Shown here: positions 37,374-47,690 of the stretch, piece after piece | Layout of the letters: each line of letters opens with the position of its first letter | How positions within the stretch are numbered: the stretch's first letter is position 1 | Virus record (IMG/VR): IMGVR_UViG_3300045988_127310 | Strand: one strand, 5' to 3' | Length of the DNA: 64,000 bases | Source of the DNA: a virus | Notes under the pieces: model-generated | What the model was told of the DNA's origin: nothing | Seen by the model: the letters and a program-made list of their open reading frames with translations, nothing else | Databases searched by the model: none | Position numbers and translations under genes: made by a program

Positions 37374-37707
37374 TTATATAACCCGGATGATCTTCACACG
37401 CCTCTTTATATTCGATAAGAAACTTAAGAAATGAATCATAAGACCCCCATCCGTTTTCCGGCTCGTATCTCAAAAGACTTTTTCTCTTAGAGATCATAAT
37501 ACATATGCCTTTTGTAAGTACATTCTTCATCTCATCGGTATCTATTTCCCTACCCAATTCTTCTGGTCTCCAAACATAATCGTACAGCGTTTCTTTATTT
37601 TCTGATACGAATATTCTTTGTGCCATCTTGTTCATGTTGTGGGTGATGTTCGCAACCCATTCACGATCTTCTTTCTTCTTGTTCTTAATATAAACATCCA
37701 GGCTCAT
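37357..37707 (-). CDS. hypothetical protein (116 aa)
   Basis: Colinear ORF. Confidence 0.5.
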   Translation of the reverse strand: MSLDVYIKNKKKEDREWVANITHNMNKMAQRIFVSENKETLYDYVWRPEELGREIDTDEMKNVLTKGICIMISKRKSLLRYEPENGWGSYDSFLKFLIEYKEACEDHPGYIIEASR

Positions 37708-38698
37708 GATATTTTTCTTTTACCTTGTTATTGATTATCAAATCTGCCACATCATCTCCGTCTCCTACATTTTCAACATTTTGAAGATAGTCCGATACTT
37801 TTATCCTTGACTTCATCATCATCCCATCTATCTTTTTACTCCATGTCTCAAATGCTTGTCCTTTGTCCGGAAAAGCTACGGTCTTTCTATCTTTTAAAAC
37901 ATCTATCACTTCCGGTCTTAGATTCTGCAACCCACCGGTAGCTACAAATAACTCATCCGGTTTATTCACAGCGCATATAATAGCCGTCTTTTCTGATTCC
38001 ACCAAATTAACCACCTTATCCGGATATTGGCTTAGAAGATGTTCTCCGAACAGGCATTGTCTAAACAAGAAGTCTCTTGCATGCAACGAGTGATAAAACA
38101 TAACATGAGGCCGCTCATTGTCACCGTCTTTTTCTTTCACTCTTTTTACATCAATCTCATTCCCCTGGCTGTCGGTCTTTATATAAAAGTCCATGATCTT
38201 GCCGGTTCTACATACAAAATCTTTGTCTATCTGCCAGAATATACAACACCCTTTCCATCCCCATAAGTCCATTGTTCCGACATGATACCTTCTGAACACA
38301 TCAGATACCCTTTCTTTTCCCCATAGAGACGATAAAAATCTAAATACGGTGTTTCTATCGTCTGGAACCACAGTCCTCTCAAACTCGCTAAAAGGTATGT
38401 AATTTACAACGTCAGGATTTACAGGAGGACGATAAGCTCTTATGCACTTGTTTCCCGAGATCCAAAGATCTTTGTCACCTACATCCTTACCAGTAGGTCG
38501 TTTATCGTAACCGCAAGTCCGTTCATGATCGCATCTTCCGAACTCGTTGCCGACAACCTGGCCTGTTGCCACATCAATATAAGGGGTGAGACACCGGCTT
38601 TTCCCGCAAGCTGGGCAGGTTAGCTTCAGTCGGCTCCTGCCCGGCCTGCGGTCAAGTTGAAACCGAGGTACGTTTTCGTATTTTCTAAAATCAAGCAT
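37685..38698 (-). CDS. DnaG-like DNA primase (N-terminal zinc-binding domain plus degenerate TOPRIM)
   Basis: Zinc-binding CPACGKSRC...GRCDHERTCGYD at the N-terminus and a TOPRIM-like VNLVESEKTAIICA ... VAFPDKGQA at the C-terminus. Two genes away from the DnaB-like helicase. Confidence 0.55.
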   Translation of the reverse strand: MLDFRKYENVPRFQLDRRPGRSRLKLTCPACGKSRCLTPYIDVATGQVVGNEFGRCDHERTCGYDKRPTGKDVGDKDLWISGNKCIRAYRPPVNPDVVNYIPFSEFERTVVPDDRNTVFRFLSSLWGKERVSDVFRRYHVGTMDLWGWKGCCIFWQIDKDFVCRTGKIMDFYIKTDSQGNEIDVKRVKEKDGDNERPHVMFYHSLHARDFLFRQCLFGEHLLSQYPDKVVNLVESEKTAIICAVNKPDELFVATGGLQNLRPEVIDVLKDRKTVAFPDKGQAFETWSKKIDGMMMKSRIKVSDYLQNVENVGDGDDVADLIINNKVKEKYHEPGCLY

Positions 38699-39041
38699 TT
38701 TTAACTCCTCTCATCGCCTCTATGATTCTATCTGCTATAGTTATAGACCATGACACCACATCTGGTATATATACTCCGCAATCTATTTCTCCTTTTCTAT
38801 CTTGCATTTTAATGAACTCAATAGAATAAGCCTTAACAAGATCGAATCTACGTTGTTCCCAATCTACGTCTTTGTTTTTATCATCCACAGGAAGGGTATC
38901 GAGATAATAATTTAAACTCTCATTTATCACACTTCCGTTGCTGTCATAGAATTGTATTTGGTCATAGTCGCTTCTTATAGTTGAACCACTGAAGGTGATT
39001 ACGTCTATTATCTCCCCGGTTCTTCTAATTTTTCTTTTCAT
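38691..39041 (-). CDS. hypothetical protein (116 aa)
   Basis: Colinear ORF. Confidence 0.5.
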   Translation of the reverse strand: MKRKIRRTGEIIDVITFSGSTIRSDYDQIQFYDSNGSVINESLNYYLDTLPVDDKNKDVDWEQRRFDLVKAYSIEFIKMQDRKGEIDCGVYIPDVVSWSITIADRIIEAMRGVKNA

Positions 39042-39238
39042 ACTCTTCTTGTGTTTCTAACCAGTATAGGCATTGTCACATTAACAGTCTTGCCATATTT
39101 CTCGTAAGATGTGAGTATGCATATTGCATACTTATCCCCTATTTTCAAATCTTTCGATAATCTTAATCTTGAACCCCTTTTGATGTTAATAAAATAATCA
39201 CCAAAAGGATTGATACATATCGGTTTTACGATTTCCAC
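39038..39238 (-). CDS. hypothetical small protein
   Basis: 4-nt overlap with the upstream gene. Confidence 0.4.
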   Translation of the reverse strand: MEIVKPICINPFGDYFINIKRGSRLRLSKDLKIGDKYAICILTSYEKYGKTVNVTMPILVRNTRRV

Positions 39239-39266
39239 ATAATCTCCTTAGGAATAACAATATCAC

Positions 39267-40583
39267 TCATATTACGAATCTTTTAGACATTTCCTCAGCA
39301 ATATCATATACGACAATATGATCCTCTTCATTGTACGGCTTATTGATATTCAGCACTCCTTTTCTCACTTTAAACCTCTTATCTTTTCTGATATGATTCA
39401 ACATCCCTTGTTGGAATACACAGTCTGCCTTCTCCATAGCAGCATTTTTATCAGACCATTCCTTTAGCGTATAACCTTTACTGTTCGTGCTTTTTGGAGA
39501 AAAATTCATAATACGTGCATCAATTCCGTACCAGTTTTTAACCATTCTCCTTTCAGCCTCCAATTGAAAAGCATGTTCATTTCGTATGTCACCTGATTTA
39601 AAATCTAAGATAACAATCTCTTCTTTCTCCACTTCTCTCACTTCCTTCTTCGGATCTCCTTTTTTGAACTGCCCCGTAGCCCTTTGATACACGGCTCCAA
39701 AATAACCTTCTTCTTTGTATTTGAATGTCATTTTAACCATCGCATCTATCGGCGTAGCTACCAAATAATCTTCTAATGACAATATTCTTTCAATCATCAT
39801 CGGCTTAACCTTATACTCTGAACAAAATTTAGCAAACTTCATAACTCTGACAATCATATCGTCAAGATCATCTATGCTACCAAAGAATTTGTCAAGATTC
39901 TTTTTTGATATTTTAAGCTTGCCTTCTTGCACTGTCTTAACTATAAAACTTCGATTTAAGACCATATCTCTACCCGTCAAGTACAATCCGTATAGGTAGT
40001 GCATGATCGTTCCTTTATCTGCATCATATTCTGATACTTCTTCCGGATTGCGACCAATCATCCTCATCTCCTGTCTCCATTCTTGAAGAGCCGTCTTGTC
40101 ATCTACGAATCCGTCTCTGATCATGGTTGTTACCGAAGCATATATCTTGGCTGTCCCATCGTCCATCTTTCTTACATAAAAACGATTACCGTCTAATGTC
40201 AATCTTACGAATTTGGGAGTCTCGATCTTCTTTAACTCATCACAGATATAAAACGGCTCTAACGTTTCCTGATTTTCTGTAAACGGATTCGAATCCTCTT
40301 CTCCAGGGTTAGGAGCGGCTTCCTCCGCCGGAGCTTCCGGTTCCTCCTTCTGGGCCTGCTCTGGCTCAGGCGCCGGCTCTTCAACTACTGGAACCTGTCC
40401 ACCTCTTTCCGCTATGTCTCTGTTCTTTATTAAAGACATAACCTCCTTCTTCAACTGCTCTGGTGTTTGGTTAGGATCTGACACCGACATCACAACATCG
40501 TTCATTCTAAACAACGTATTTCCTTCTCCTTCTACCATAGGCGCAAACCCTAAATCTGTCAATATTTTTATTTTCTCTTTCAT
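39267..40583 (-). CDS. PD-(D/E)xK nuclease of the RecB/YqaJ family with an N-terminal Pro/Glu/Ala-rich linker
   Basis: PIDAMV motif, then IVILDFKSGD (the hhDxK[ST]G nuclease motif) and QLEAE; the catalytic spacing is unusually long. An acidic low-complexity segment lies at residues 55-100. Confidence 0.5.
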   Translation of the reverse strand: MKEKIKILTDLGFAPMVEGEGNTLFRMNDVVMSVSDPNQTPEQLKKEVMSLIKNRDIAERGGQVPVVEEPAPEPEQAQKEEPEAPAEEAAPNPGEEDSNPFTENQETLEPFYICDELKKIETPKFVRLTLDGNRFYVRKMDDGTAKIYASVTTMIRDGFVDDKTALQEWRQEMRMIGRNPEEVSEYDADKGTIMHYLYGLYLTGRDMVLNRSFIVKTVQEGKLKISKKNLDKFFGSIDDLDDMIVRVMKFAKFCSEYKVKPMMIERILSLEDYLVATPIDAMVKMTFKYKEEGYFGAVYQRATGQFKKGDPKKEVREVEKEEIVILDFKSGDIRNEHAFQLEAERRMVKNWYGIDARIMNFSPKSTNSKGYTLKEWSDKNAAMEKADCVFQQGMLNHIRKDKRFKVRKGVLNINKPYNEEDHIVVYDIAEEMSKRFVI

Positions 40584-40741
40584 GATCTTCCTCTAATCAA
40601 TTCTTCTTTAATACAATGTAACACTGTTTCCACTTCATCTTTATCTCTATCTTTCACTGCGATAGCTATATCCTTGCCATAACTCTCTCTCTTCGTATGT
40701 GAGCATAAAAGATAGTTTCATCGTCAGCTTCTATTCTTATT

Positions 40742-41257
40742 TTATAAAGTTTTCTCATATCTGTCAATTATTTCAATAATTAATCTACCTCTTTCTTTAA
40801 TCATTCCCCTGCTTTCCATATCCAGTACCTTCTTTACCGCATACTTCCACACAAAAGGAAATTCTGTTTCAAGTTTATCAAATTCCATCCGGTCAAGATA
40901 CATGTCGAATACCGTATGCTCCGATTCATGAAGGAAAACTATATTATCCCTGCAAGTAGCAACCGACTTATATATCCTTTTCGGAAGTATGTGACATACG
41001 TTACATACTGTAGGAAAATGAATAGCCTTACCGGTCATAGACATTCGAATAGTACTCAACTCCTCCAACATAAGACGAAAAAACCCGGATAAATCCGGGT
41101 TCTCTAACTTTTTCTTCTTGCTGCTGTTTTTAATGGATGTAATTCTGTCTTTTTTCTTCGGAGTCAACTCTTTGCTCCTGCAAGCCTGGCATAAGCCATG
41201 ACTTCTTATCATTACTTTTCGTCCGCATTTTTCGCAGACGTACAATTTCTTTTCCAC
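40742..41257 (-). CDS. zinc-ribbon protein (171 aa)
   Basis: N-terminal CEKCGRK...CQAC. Confidence 0.5.
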   Translation of the reverse strand: MEKKLYVCEKCGRKVMIRSHGLCQACRSKELTPKKKDRITSIKNSSKKKKLENPDLSGFFRLMLEELSTIRMSMTGKAIHFPTVCNVCHILPKRIYKSVATCRDNIVFLHESEHTVFDMYLDRMEFDKLETEFPFVWKYAVKKVLDMESRGMIKERGRLIIEIIDRYEKTL

Positions 41258-41463
41258 TTTTTATATTTCGATACAAGCGATATGTATTTAGATATAAGCG
41301 ATATACTTGAAAAAGATAACGCCGTTAAAGACAGCGTATATGGTAAGTTCATTAACCATCTTGGCACTTCTTCTGTCTTAATCACTATCAGTAAAGTAGC
41401 ACCTGCCACTACCAATAATACAATTGCTGTCGCAAGTGCTACACGGGAAACAACATCACTCAT
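41212..41463 (-). CDS. small 2-TM membrane protein with a charged C-terminus (holin-like topology)
   Basis: Two hydrophobic helices and a KYKKWKRN tail. Overlaps the downstream gene by 46 nt, so it is uncertain. Confidence 0.3.
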   Translation of the reverse strand: MSDVVSRVALATAIVLLVVAGATLLIVIKTEEVPRWLMNLPYTLSLTALSFSSISLISKYISLVSKYKKWKRNCTSAKNADEK

Positions 41464-41926
41464 CAGTTTTCTTTTCTCCCAATTTTTCTACGCCTTTTTG
41501 CAGATCGTATTTAAACACTTCAATGATTTTCGTTTCCACAATAGACTCGCAATTCCAGTCTCCTAACGTACCCTGCATACCTTTAGTCAACACAGCTTCG
41601 GCATCCTTAGGATTGCCGGCCTGGATATACATATAGCATGGAGTTTTCTTTTCTTTACCTTTCTTTTCATCCAGTGTAATGTAATTCACCTTACACTTAT
41701 ACCAGTACTCAGCTTCTCCGTTGAAGAAGATTTCCGACACTTTAATAGGATTAATTTTTACAACCTCGAAAGATTTGTACAAATCCTTGAAGATCTCCAA
41801 CGATCTTGATTCTGCCTCTGTGTAAGACAAGGCATCCACCAAATACTTTTCAGTTACTTTCTTTTTTTTGCCGTTCTCGATATTATCAATCTCGGCTTTT
41901 ACCGTAATTTCAAACCAGCGATTCAT
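41456..41926 (-). CDS. hypothetical protein (156 aa)
   Basis: Colinear ORF. Confidence 0.55.
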   Translation of the reverse strand: MNRWFEITVKAEIDNIENGKKKKVTEKYLVDALSYTEAESRSLEIFKDLYKSFEVVKINPIKVSEIFFNGEAEYWYKCKVNYITLDEKKGKEKKTPCYMYIQAGNPKDAEAVLTKGMQGTLGDWNCESIVETKIIEVFKYDLQKGVEKLGEKKTDE

Positions 41927-41937
41927 TGTATTAATAT

Positions 41938-42192
41938 TTAATTAGTTGATTTCTTTCCTTTCTCTATACTATTTTTAAGTCTTTCAGAACACCACTGCAA
42001 AACGTCCATCATCATCATCTCATTGTTGGATAAGATACCTTTTATAATTAACGCCAATTGATGCTGTGACATTCTTAGGCTCATATCAAATCTTCTTTCC
42101 TCTTCATTTACTATCGTGGCTACGAAATACTTACACCCCTCTAAGTGCGTCAGGGCTTCAATCATAGCTTCTTTTATCTCTTTTTCTTCCAT
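41938..42192 (-). CDS. hypothetical protein (84 aa)
   Basis: Colinear ORF. Confidence 0.45.
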   Translation of the reverse strand: MEEKEIKEAMIEALTHLEGCKYFVATIVNEEERRFDMSLRMSQHQLALIIKGILSNNEMMMMDVLQWCSERLKNSIEKGKKSTN

Positions 42193-42267
42193 TCTGTTTG
42201 TTTTTTTTGGACAAAGATACGTCTTTTGATAATAAAAAAAAATTCAAAATGATTTAATTTAGCCTAA

Positions 42268-42936
42268 TTACGGCTCTTTTGATTCGTCCGGTATAGGCAT
42301 GTCAAACTTTTTTCTGATAAACGACTCTGTTTCTTCATTGAATGGATAGGCCTCCTTAATAAAATTCATAGCTACCTCCATATCACCGTCTGCTATATCT
42401 TTATACCTTTCAAAGATACCAATCAGGTCATTGTTATATGAACGCTCTTGTTTTATGTTGTACACGTATTTCAACACCCTGTCTTTAATTTCATTGGCTT
42501 TTTTCACAGTATCATTGAAGGAATTTATACTTTCCAATTCTGGATCTTTGTTTTCCTTGTTTACCTTATCAAACTCTTCCTTGCTATATCCTGCTTCTCC
42601 TGTAATGGCTGGGCAAACACTTCCATTTATGATCCAAAACTGTTCATACGATCCTATCAGAAACTTTGATTCCATTTTAAATGCATTATATTTAATAAGC
42701 AAATTAGCCACCTCTGTTGCACCTTCTATGGTTCTAAAACCGATACCGATATCTTTTAACATAAATACTGGAACTCCAGTTCTTGGATACACGACTTCTT
42801 TTTTGTTCTTTATATTCCAGTTTTTAGCTTCAATTGGAATACCTTTACCAGCAAGCTCTTTGTCTATATACAGATATATCTCTTTGCATGTCAATGACAC
42901 GATCTCATCTCTGCTTAAATCAAAAACTGTTTTCAT
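42268..42936 (-). CDS. hypothetical protein (222 aa)
   Basis: Colinear ORF. Confidence 0.55.
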   Translation of the reverse strand: MKTVFDLSRDEIVSLTCKEIYLYIDKELAGKGIPIEAKNWNIKNKKEVVYPRTGVPVFMLKDIGIGFRTIEGATEVANLLIKYNAFKMESKFLIGSYEQFWIINGSVCPAITGEAGYSKEEFDKVNKENKDPELESINSFNDTVKKANEIKDRVLKYVYNIKQERSYNNDLIGIFERYKDIADGDMEVAMNFIKEAYPFNEETESFIRKKFDMPIPDESKEP

Positions 42937-43136
42937 TTATTTTTATTTATTAAATTAAACAATCTACCTCTTTGTTCAGGCTCCGTATATTCTACCCATA
43001 TATCGGCTGCCACATTTCTAAGAAATTCCATAAAGTCATGATGATCCCTGTATTCAACAGAATCGACTTTTCTCACAAAACTTAGGATTTCCTTTAACAT
43101 CTTATTGTTTTCTTCAAGAAGCTCTCTGTCGGTCAT
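42933..43136 (-). CDS. hypothetical small protein
   Basis: 4-nt overlap. Confidence 0.4.
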   Translation of the reverse strand: MTDRELLEENNKMLKEILSFVRKVDSVEYRDHHDFMEFLRNVAADIWVEYTEPEQRGRLFNLINKNK

Positions 43137-43321
43137 AACCTTTCAAATTTTCTTCTTAATTTATTCATTCTTCTATTTTCTTTAAAACAAGGAAATGGCT
43201 TATCTTTTACCGATAAATAACCATCTTGAATACAGTCGCTTATAGCTTTAGAGGATAGTATTTTTACTAATTTTGTACCCGATCTATCATTAGGATCGTC
43301 AAGTCCTAAAACGTTTTGCAT
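43133..43321 (-). CDS. hypothetical small protein
   Basis: 4-nt overlap. Confidence 0.4.
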   Translation of the reverse strand: MQNVLGLDDPNDRSGTKLVKILSSKAISDCIQDGYLSVKDKPFPCFKENRRMNKLRRKFERL

Positions 43322-43480
43322 TCCGGTATTAGACCTCGCCTCTACGAATTAAATAACATTCTCCTTTTTTATTAGGATGCTTCTTAAACGGATCTTTTGG
43401 CAAATATATGTATTCATACTTATCAGTACATTTTTTTTGTTTCTCCAAATTGGATGAAGTGTTTTTCCTTTTTTTGTCTC

Positions 43481-43518
43481 ATAACTCTAACTTTTAAAAA
43501 TGAATAATTAATTGAGTA
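43481..43518 (-). promoter_or_regulatory. conserved 38-nt promoter/leader element, copy B
   Basis: 35 of 38 nt identical to 20681-20718. Abuts the ATG at 43472 of a 19-codon ORF. Confidence 0.45.
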
Positions 43519-43527
43519 TATAATTAC

Positions 43528-43794
43528 CTAAGGTAATAGATCATCCAAATAAGCCCATGATTCCATTTCATCTAATCTGCATAAAATACATCCTGGACGG
43601 CTGGATATAAAAGTTCTGTTCTCTTCCAATATACCCATAATTGGATTCTTTGATCCTATTGTTGATTTCTTAGGGAGAAACACAATAAAACGGTGGCAAT
43701 CTGGAATTACTGTTATAGAATGCCACACGCTGTTAATGCGCCACTCTGCACCAGCTTTAAAAAGAGGAACAGCATATTCTATATCTTGTTTCAT
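43528..43794 (-). CDS. hypothetical protein (88 aa)
   Basis: Colinear ORF. Confidence 0.45.
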   Translation of the reverse strand: MKQDIEYAVPLFKAGAEWRINSVWHSITVIPDCHRFIVFLPKKSTIGSKNPIMGILEENRTFISSRPGCILCRLDEMESWAYLDDLLP

Positions 43795-44092
43795 GTCTTA
43801 TTATTGTTTAATTAATTTAAATATTTTTAGTTTTGAAATTATTTAATATGCTTATCGGCTGGATTGATTATCAATCCATCGTCACATGAAGGGAATGATA
43901 TGTTAGATTCTCCATTATCAAGATTAGTCAGTTTAACCGTTCCAGCATATTCATCATCCACAAAAAAACAATTGACCCGAAGAAACCACAAACCTGCATT
44001 GATATGTATTCATCATTGCTCCAAGTTGTCTAATCTTAGTTTTAATCTCTAAAAGTTGAGCGTTGTTGATTATATTCTTATTCATATTTTTT

Positions 44093-44548
44093 TTAGTTTT
44101 GAATTAATGTGAAAAGGGCAATTATAGTCGCAACTGATATAATAGATAAAATAACATTTGCCAATGTATGCCTTAAAAGGCGTCTTTCGAGATTTGCGAT
44201 ATGCTTTCTTAGTCCTTCGCAATGTTTTTTTGTAGACCTGGATTCTTTGAGTTCTTTGTTGTATTTTATCATATTTTTGTCACACCATTTCATTATATCA
44301 GCACTTGCTTTGTTAAGCATATCTCTGATTTTTTCATCATCATAGAATGGTATTTCAACATCAACACAAGTATTTGGCCTGTATAATAATCCGTATGTAT
44401 CAAAGCACACTTTCAATGTGACAACTTCAGGCTTAGCCATTTCTTCGGCTTGTTTCTTTATCTGCTCATCTGTTGCTTCGGCTTTAGCTTTAAGCTCATT
44501 GTAGTCTTCTATATTCAGCAAAGCCATGTTTTCAAATTTTGTATTCAT
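44093..44548 (-). CDS. tail-anchored membrane protein (C-terminal TM helix)
   Basis: C-terminal hydrophobic helix NVILSIISVATIIALFTLI. Confidence 0.5.
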   Translation of the reverse strand: MNTKFENMALLNIEDYNELKAKAEATDEQIKKQAEEMAKPEVVTLKVCFDTYGLLYRPNTCVDVEIPFYDDEKIRDMLNKASADIMKWCDKNMIKYNKELKESRSTKKHCEGLRKHIANLERRLLRHTLANVILSIISVATIIALFTLIQN

Positions 44549-44734
44549 ATCTACTATTTCTTATTTAGAGTGAATGTTTGCCAAATGCTTTATCCCAACG
44601 CCTGTTTGTTATCTGTACACGTACTACCAACGCATCACGATATTTACGGGATTATATGGTTCTTATGTGGCGGATGTTGATAATCCTAACAACGCATTCG
44701 TACTGATTTTTGCAAACTGTTCACTCAATTATTT

Positions 44735-44986
44735 TTAATTTTTAATTAATTCAACTCCTATAATATCTTCGTAATCAATATAGTGCATCATTGAAACACC
44801 GTTGTCATCATTAGCCATTATTTCAACACAAGCAGAACATCTATTGAATGCACCTTCGATTGTTATACCCGTTAATTGCCTAAAGAATCCTAAAAATTTC
44901 TTTGGCCTGATAATCCTAATACGGACAAGATCATTCCAAGTTATTCCTTTATATTCACAAATAGATTTAAACTTCTCGGCTGTCAT
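44735..44986 (-). CDS. hypothetical protein (83 aa)
   Basis: Colinear ORF. Confidence 0.45.
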   Translation of the reverse strand: MTAEKFKSICEYKGITWNDLVRIRIIRPKKFLGFFRQLTGITIEGAFNRCSACVEIMANDDNGVSMMHYIDYEDIIGVELIKN

Positions 44987-45005
44987 AATTCGATTATTTT
45001 AGCTG

Positions 45006-45260
45006 TTAGTCATTTTTTGGAATCCAGTTATCCGTATCACAGTGAAAGCAATATCCGGTTTTAGGATGCTCCGCACCGTCTTTAGCTCCGCAGGTTCCGC
45101 AATAATATTCCTTATCATATTCTGGGGAAAGACCTTTATTTCGTTCTTTGATAACAGCTTTTCTTTCTTCGAGCATCATCATTTTATCAGGATTACGACT
45201 CAAATAAAACTTTCTGACTTTATGTATTTGCTTATCAAAGCAGATCATCGGACTCGGCAA
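45006..45260 (-). CDS. zinc-ribbon small protein
   Basis: CGTCG...CFHC. Confidence 0.45.
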   Translation of the reverse strand: MPSPMICFDKQIHKVRKFYLSRNPDKMMMLEERKAVIKERNKGLSPEYDKEYYCGTCGAKDGAEHPKTGYCFHCDTDNWIPKND

Positions 45261-45444
45261 TTTGTTTTGCTGTATATTTACTCATGCTCAATTATTTTTA
45301 AAGTTTATCTATTATTTTGTCACCCATTTCCTGCCATTCATCACTCACGCTTATAACCAATCCTATGATAGTGAATGATAATAACAACGTAAAAATAAGT
45401 CATAACAGAAAGCAGATAAAAACACATACATACCTCATGATTTT

Positions 45445-46191
45445 TTAGTTGTTAGATAAAAGCAAAATCGGTTCATTTGACTCCGCAATTGCTTTTATTT
45501 GTTCTGGATTGATAAAACTCTTAACTTGTTCGCTTATATTACAAATGGACTTGATCATATCAACGAATAATTTCGAGGTACATTCGTTACACTCCACTTC
45601 CATTACCTGTTTATATCTATTGTATGATATGCCCGTTACACAATTCAGCCAGTGCGCATAGGTTCCTTTTTCTGTATTTAACCTGCTGTATTCTACTTTT
45701 GTCTCTCCATTTCCATATTCAATTACTCTTTTTAGAAATGGTTTTGCATAAACACTAAAACCGAAAGGTTGGGTGTTTAAGGCATCTAAACGGGAAGTTC
45801 CATCCCTCCATTCTCCATTTTCATCGCCTCCTGTCCATTCCTTAGAGGTGTTAGGGACAATATTTCCGTTTTTGTCATATGAAAACAGGCAATTCGTTTC
45901 CAGTTGATACTTAATAACAGGCACTTCTTCTACTATTTTATAACTCAAACATCTCTTCAGAACTTTCCTGATTTGACTCACTAGATCAGAAAATGATGTG
46001 CTATTGAAATATCCTTCGTTACCTAATCTGTTTGTAGGTAATTTGATCCCATAAGAACGAATCTTATCCACATCTTCTTTTGATAAAGTAGTGGTAAACA
46101 CTCCTTTTTGGGTGATATTCACTTTAACAGTTACAGATAAACTGTTGTTATCATTCTTTTCCGTTATATTTAGTGTTGTTAATACTGCCAT
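45445..46191 (-). CDS. hypothetical protein (248 aa)
   Basis: Colinear ORF. Confidence 0.55.
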   Translation of the reverse strand: MAVLTTLNITEKNDNNSLSVTVKVNITQKGVFTTTLSKEDVDKIRSYGIKLPTNRLGNEGYFNSTSFSDLVSQIRKVLKRCLSYKIVEEVPVIKYQLETNCLFSYDKNGNIVPNTSKEWTGGDENGEWRDGTSRLDALNTQPFGFSVYAKPFLKRVIEYGNGETKVEYSRLNTEKGTYAHWLNCVTGISYNRYKQVMEVECNECTSKLFVDMIKSICNISEQVKSFINPEQIKAIAESNEPILLLSNN

Positions 46192-46209
46192 AATCAGATC
46201 TTTTTAAAA

Positions 46210-46461
46210 TCAATTTGAATAAATATAATGCATTCCTGCTTCATATACCTTATGTACATCAGGGTCATTCTTGTCTTCCGGTTCCAATTCACTCTCTTCA
46301 CAAGTATAATCCCATTCAGAGTTGTAGTACATATCCTCGTCTGTTTTCTCCAAGGAACAATCTTTCATTAGATTCATATTTTCTCCCCATACTGCAACTT
46401 CTTGCTGTTGCTCTTCTTCTGTCATAAGGGATATTTTGTCTTTCAATTCTTTCCAGGTCAT
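46210..46461 (-). CDS. hypothetical acidic protein (83 aa)
   Basis: Colinear ORF. Confidence 0.45.
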   Translation of the reverse strand: MTWKELKDKISLMTEEEQQQEVAVWGENMNLMKDCSLEKTDEDMYYNSEWDYTCEESELEPEDKNDPDVHKVYEAGMHYIYSN

Positions 46462-46485
46462 GATTTCTAAAATATGATCAATAAT

Positions 46486-46869
46486 TCATTCTACATCAAA
46501 AAGTTGATCTAACACCAATAATTCGGCATCCATATCTTCATCTTTCGGGAAACGAACTTTTATGTTTCCGAACTTAGATGTCTTAAACAAGATGTAGGGG
46601 TTCATGTCTTCGGCAGTCACCGGCTTATATTCCTTAACTTCCGACATCTTGAGATACCAGTCGCCTATTTTTACAAATCTGGAGAAGACAGAACATAGAT
46701 GCGCTTTTACAGACTGTATCTCCTTTTTATCTTTGAAAGATATAATTTCGTCCTTTCCCCTTATCCTGATTGACAGAAAAGGGCGAATGTTATCTGTTTC
46801 ATTTTGAAATTTGAAGCCTGTTATGGCCTGCTTTGGGATTCTTCTCCCCGTTAATATAAAATAGCTCAT
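46486..46869 (-). CDS. hypothetical protein (127 aa)
   Basis: Colinear ORF. Confidence 0.5.
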   Translation of the reverse strand: MSYFILTGRRIPKQAITGFKFQNETDNIRPFLSIRIRGKDEIISFKDKKEIQSVKAHLCSVFSRFVKIGDWYLKMSEVKEYKPVTAEDMNPYILFKTSKFGNIKVRFPKDEDMDAELLVLDQLFDVE

Positions 46870-46881
46870 TGTTGAAAATAT

Positions 46882-47679
46882 TTAATTGGACATAAATATA
46901 CGAGTTTTACTAAGATATCCTTCTGTCATCTCTATGAAATTCACACAATCTAATTTGCTTAACTTGTAAATCAATGCCGGATTGTGTACTATGGCTATAA
47001 TCTGTGTTTGTGGTTTATGGAATGACAATACATTATAAATTTGCATTATGTTGTCAATGTCAAGATTCCTATCTGGCTCATCCATGAGAACCGTGTATTC
47101 AAAACTGCTTTTTGTTAATGTTATGCGGTTTCTTTCATAATACTTCAACAGGTTATCAATTCTTTTAATCCAAAACGCATTTGATTTTTTCTTGTATTCT
47201 ACAAGATCTTGTATTGGAAATGTATAATCCTTTTGACCGAACATTAAATTGAAAAGTGATTCCAATGATAACACCACTTTCTCTCCATAAGATCTTCGAA
47301 TATTATTCACATACAAATCTAAGTTGCTGATGTTTTTCAATACGCTATCTCGATTCATCTCCGCCGATGGCAATAAACGGAATACTTTCCCTGCATAATC
47401 GGATGATATGTCAATCCCATCAAGAACCTTGTCATCATCATCAAATATAGGTGGAAAATCCAGTGCCTCGATCGGTATTTCAGAGCACATGGACTTCTCG
47501 CATAACGCATACATTGATATGATGTTAAGCAAGGTTGATTTTCCACTACCGTTTTTCCCTATAATCACATTCACTCCTGGCTTGAAAATAAATTCTCTGC
47601 CATTTTCAAATGCTTCTATATCCGAAACATATTCAAATGGAGTTTTTGTATTGTCTTTTATTTTTACTGATGTTATCAT
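46882..47679 (-). CDS. minimal ABC-type (AAA_21-like) ATPase
   Basis: Walker A (GKNGSGKST), a signature-like SYGEK motif, Walker B plus D-loop (TVLMDEPDRNLD) and an H-loop (IAIVHN). There is no coiled-coil or nuclease domain. Confidence 0.7.
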   Translation of the reverse strand: MITSVKIKDNTKTPFEYVSDIEAFENGREFIFKPGVNVIIGKNGSGKSTLLNIISMYALCEKSMCSEIPIEALDFPPIFDDDDKVLDGIDISSDYAGKVFRLLPSAEMNRDSVLKNISNLDLYVNNIRRSYGEKVVLSLESLFNLMFGQKDYTFPIQDLVEYKKKSNAFWIKRIDNLLKYYERNRITLTKSSFEYTVLMDEPDRNLDIDNIMQIYNVLSFHKPQTQIIAIVHNPALIYKLSKLDCVNFIEMTEGYLSKTRIFMSN

Positions 47680-47690
47680 TGTAATCCTTT

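Noticed and set aside
41212-41463. Holin assignment for the 2-TM 83-aa ORF
   Set aside because: Only the topology supports it. It overlaps the neighbouring gene by 46 nt, no endolysin is adjacent, and it sits among replication genes. It is kept only as a low-confidence feature.
43962-43968. A7/T7 tract separating two tiny leftward reading frames (43-aa and 40-aa pieces) between 43850 and 44090
   Set aside because: This could be a frameshifted ~80-aa gene (T6 would fuse the frames). Both pieces are short with no motif, so it is too weak to call.
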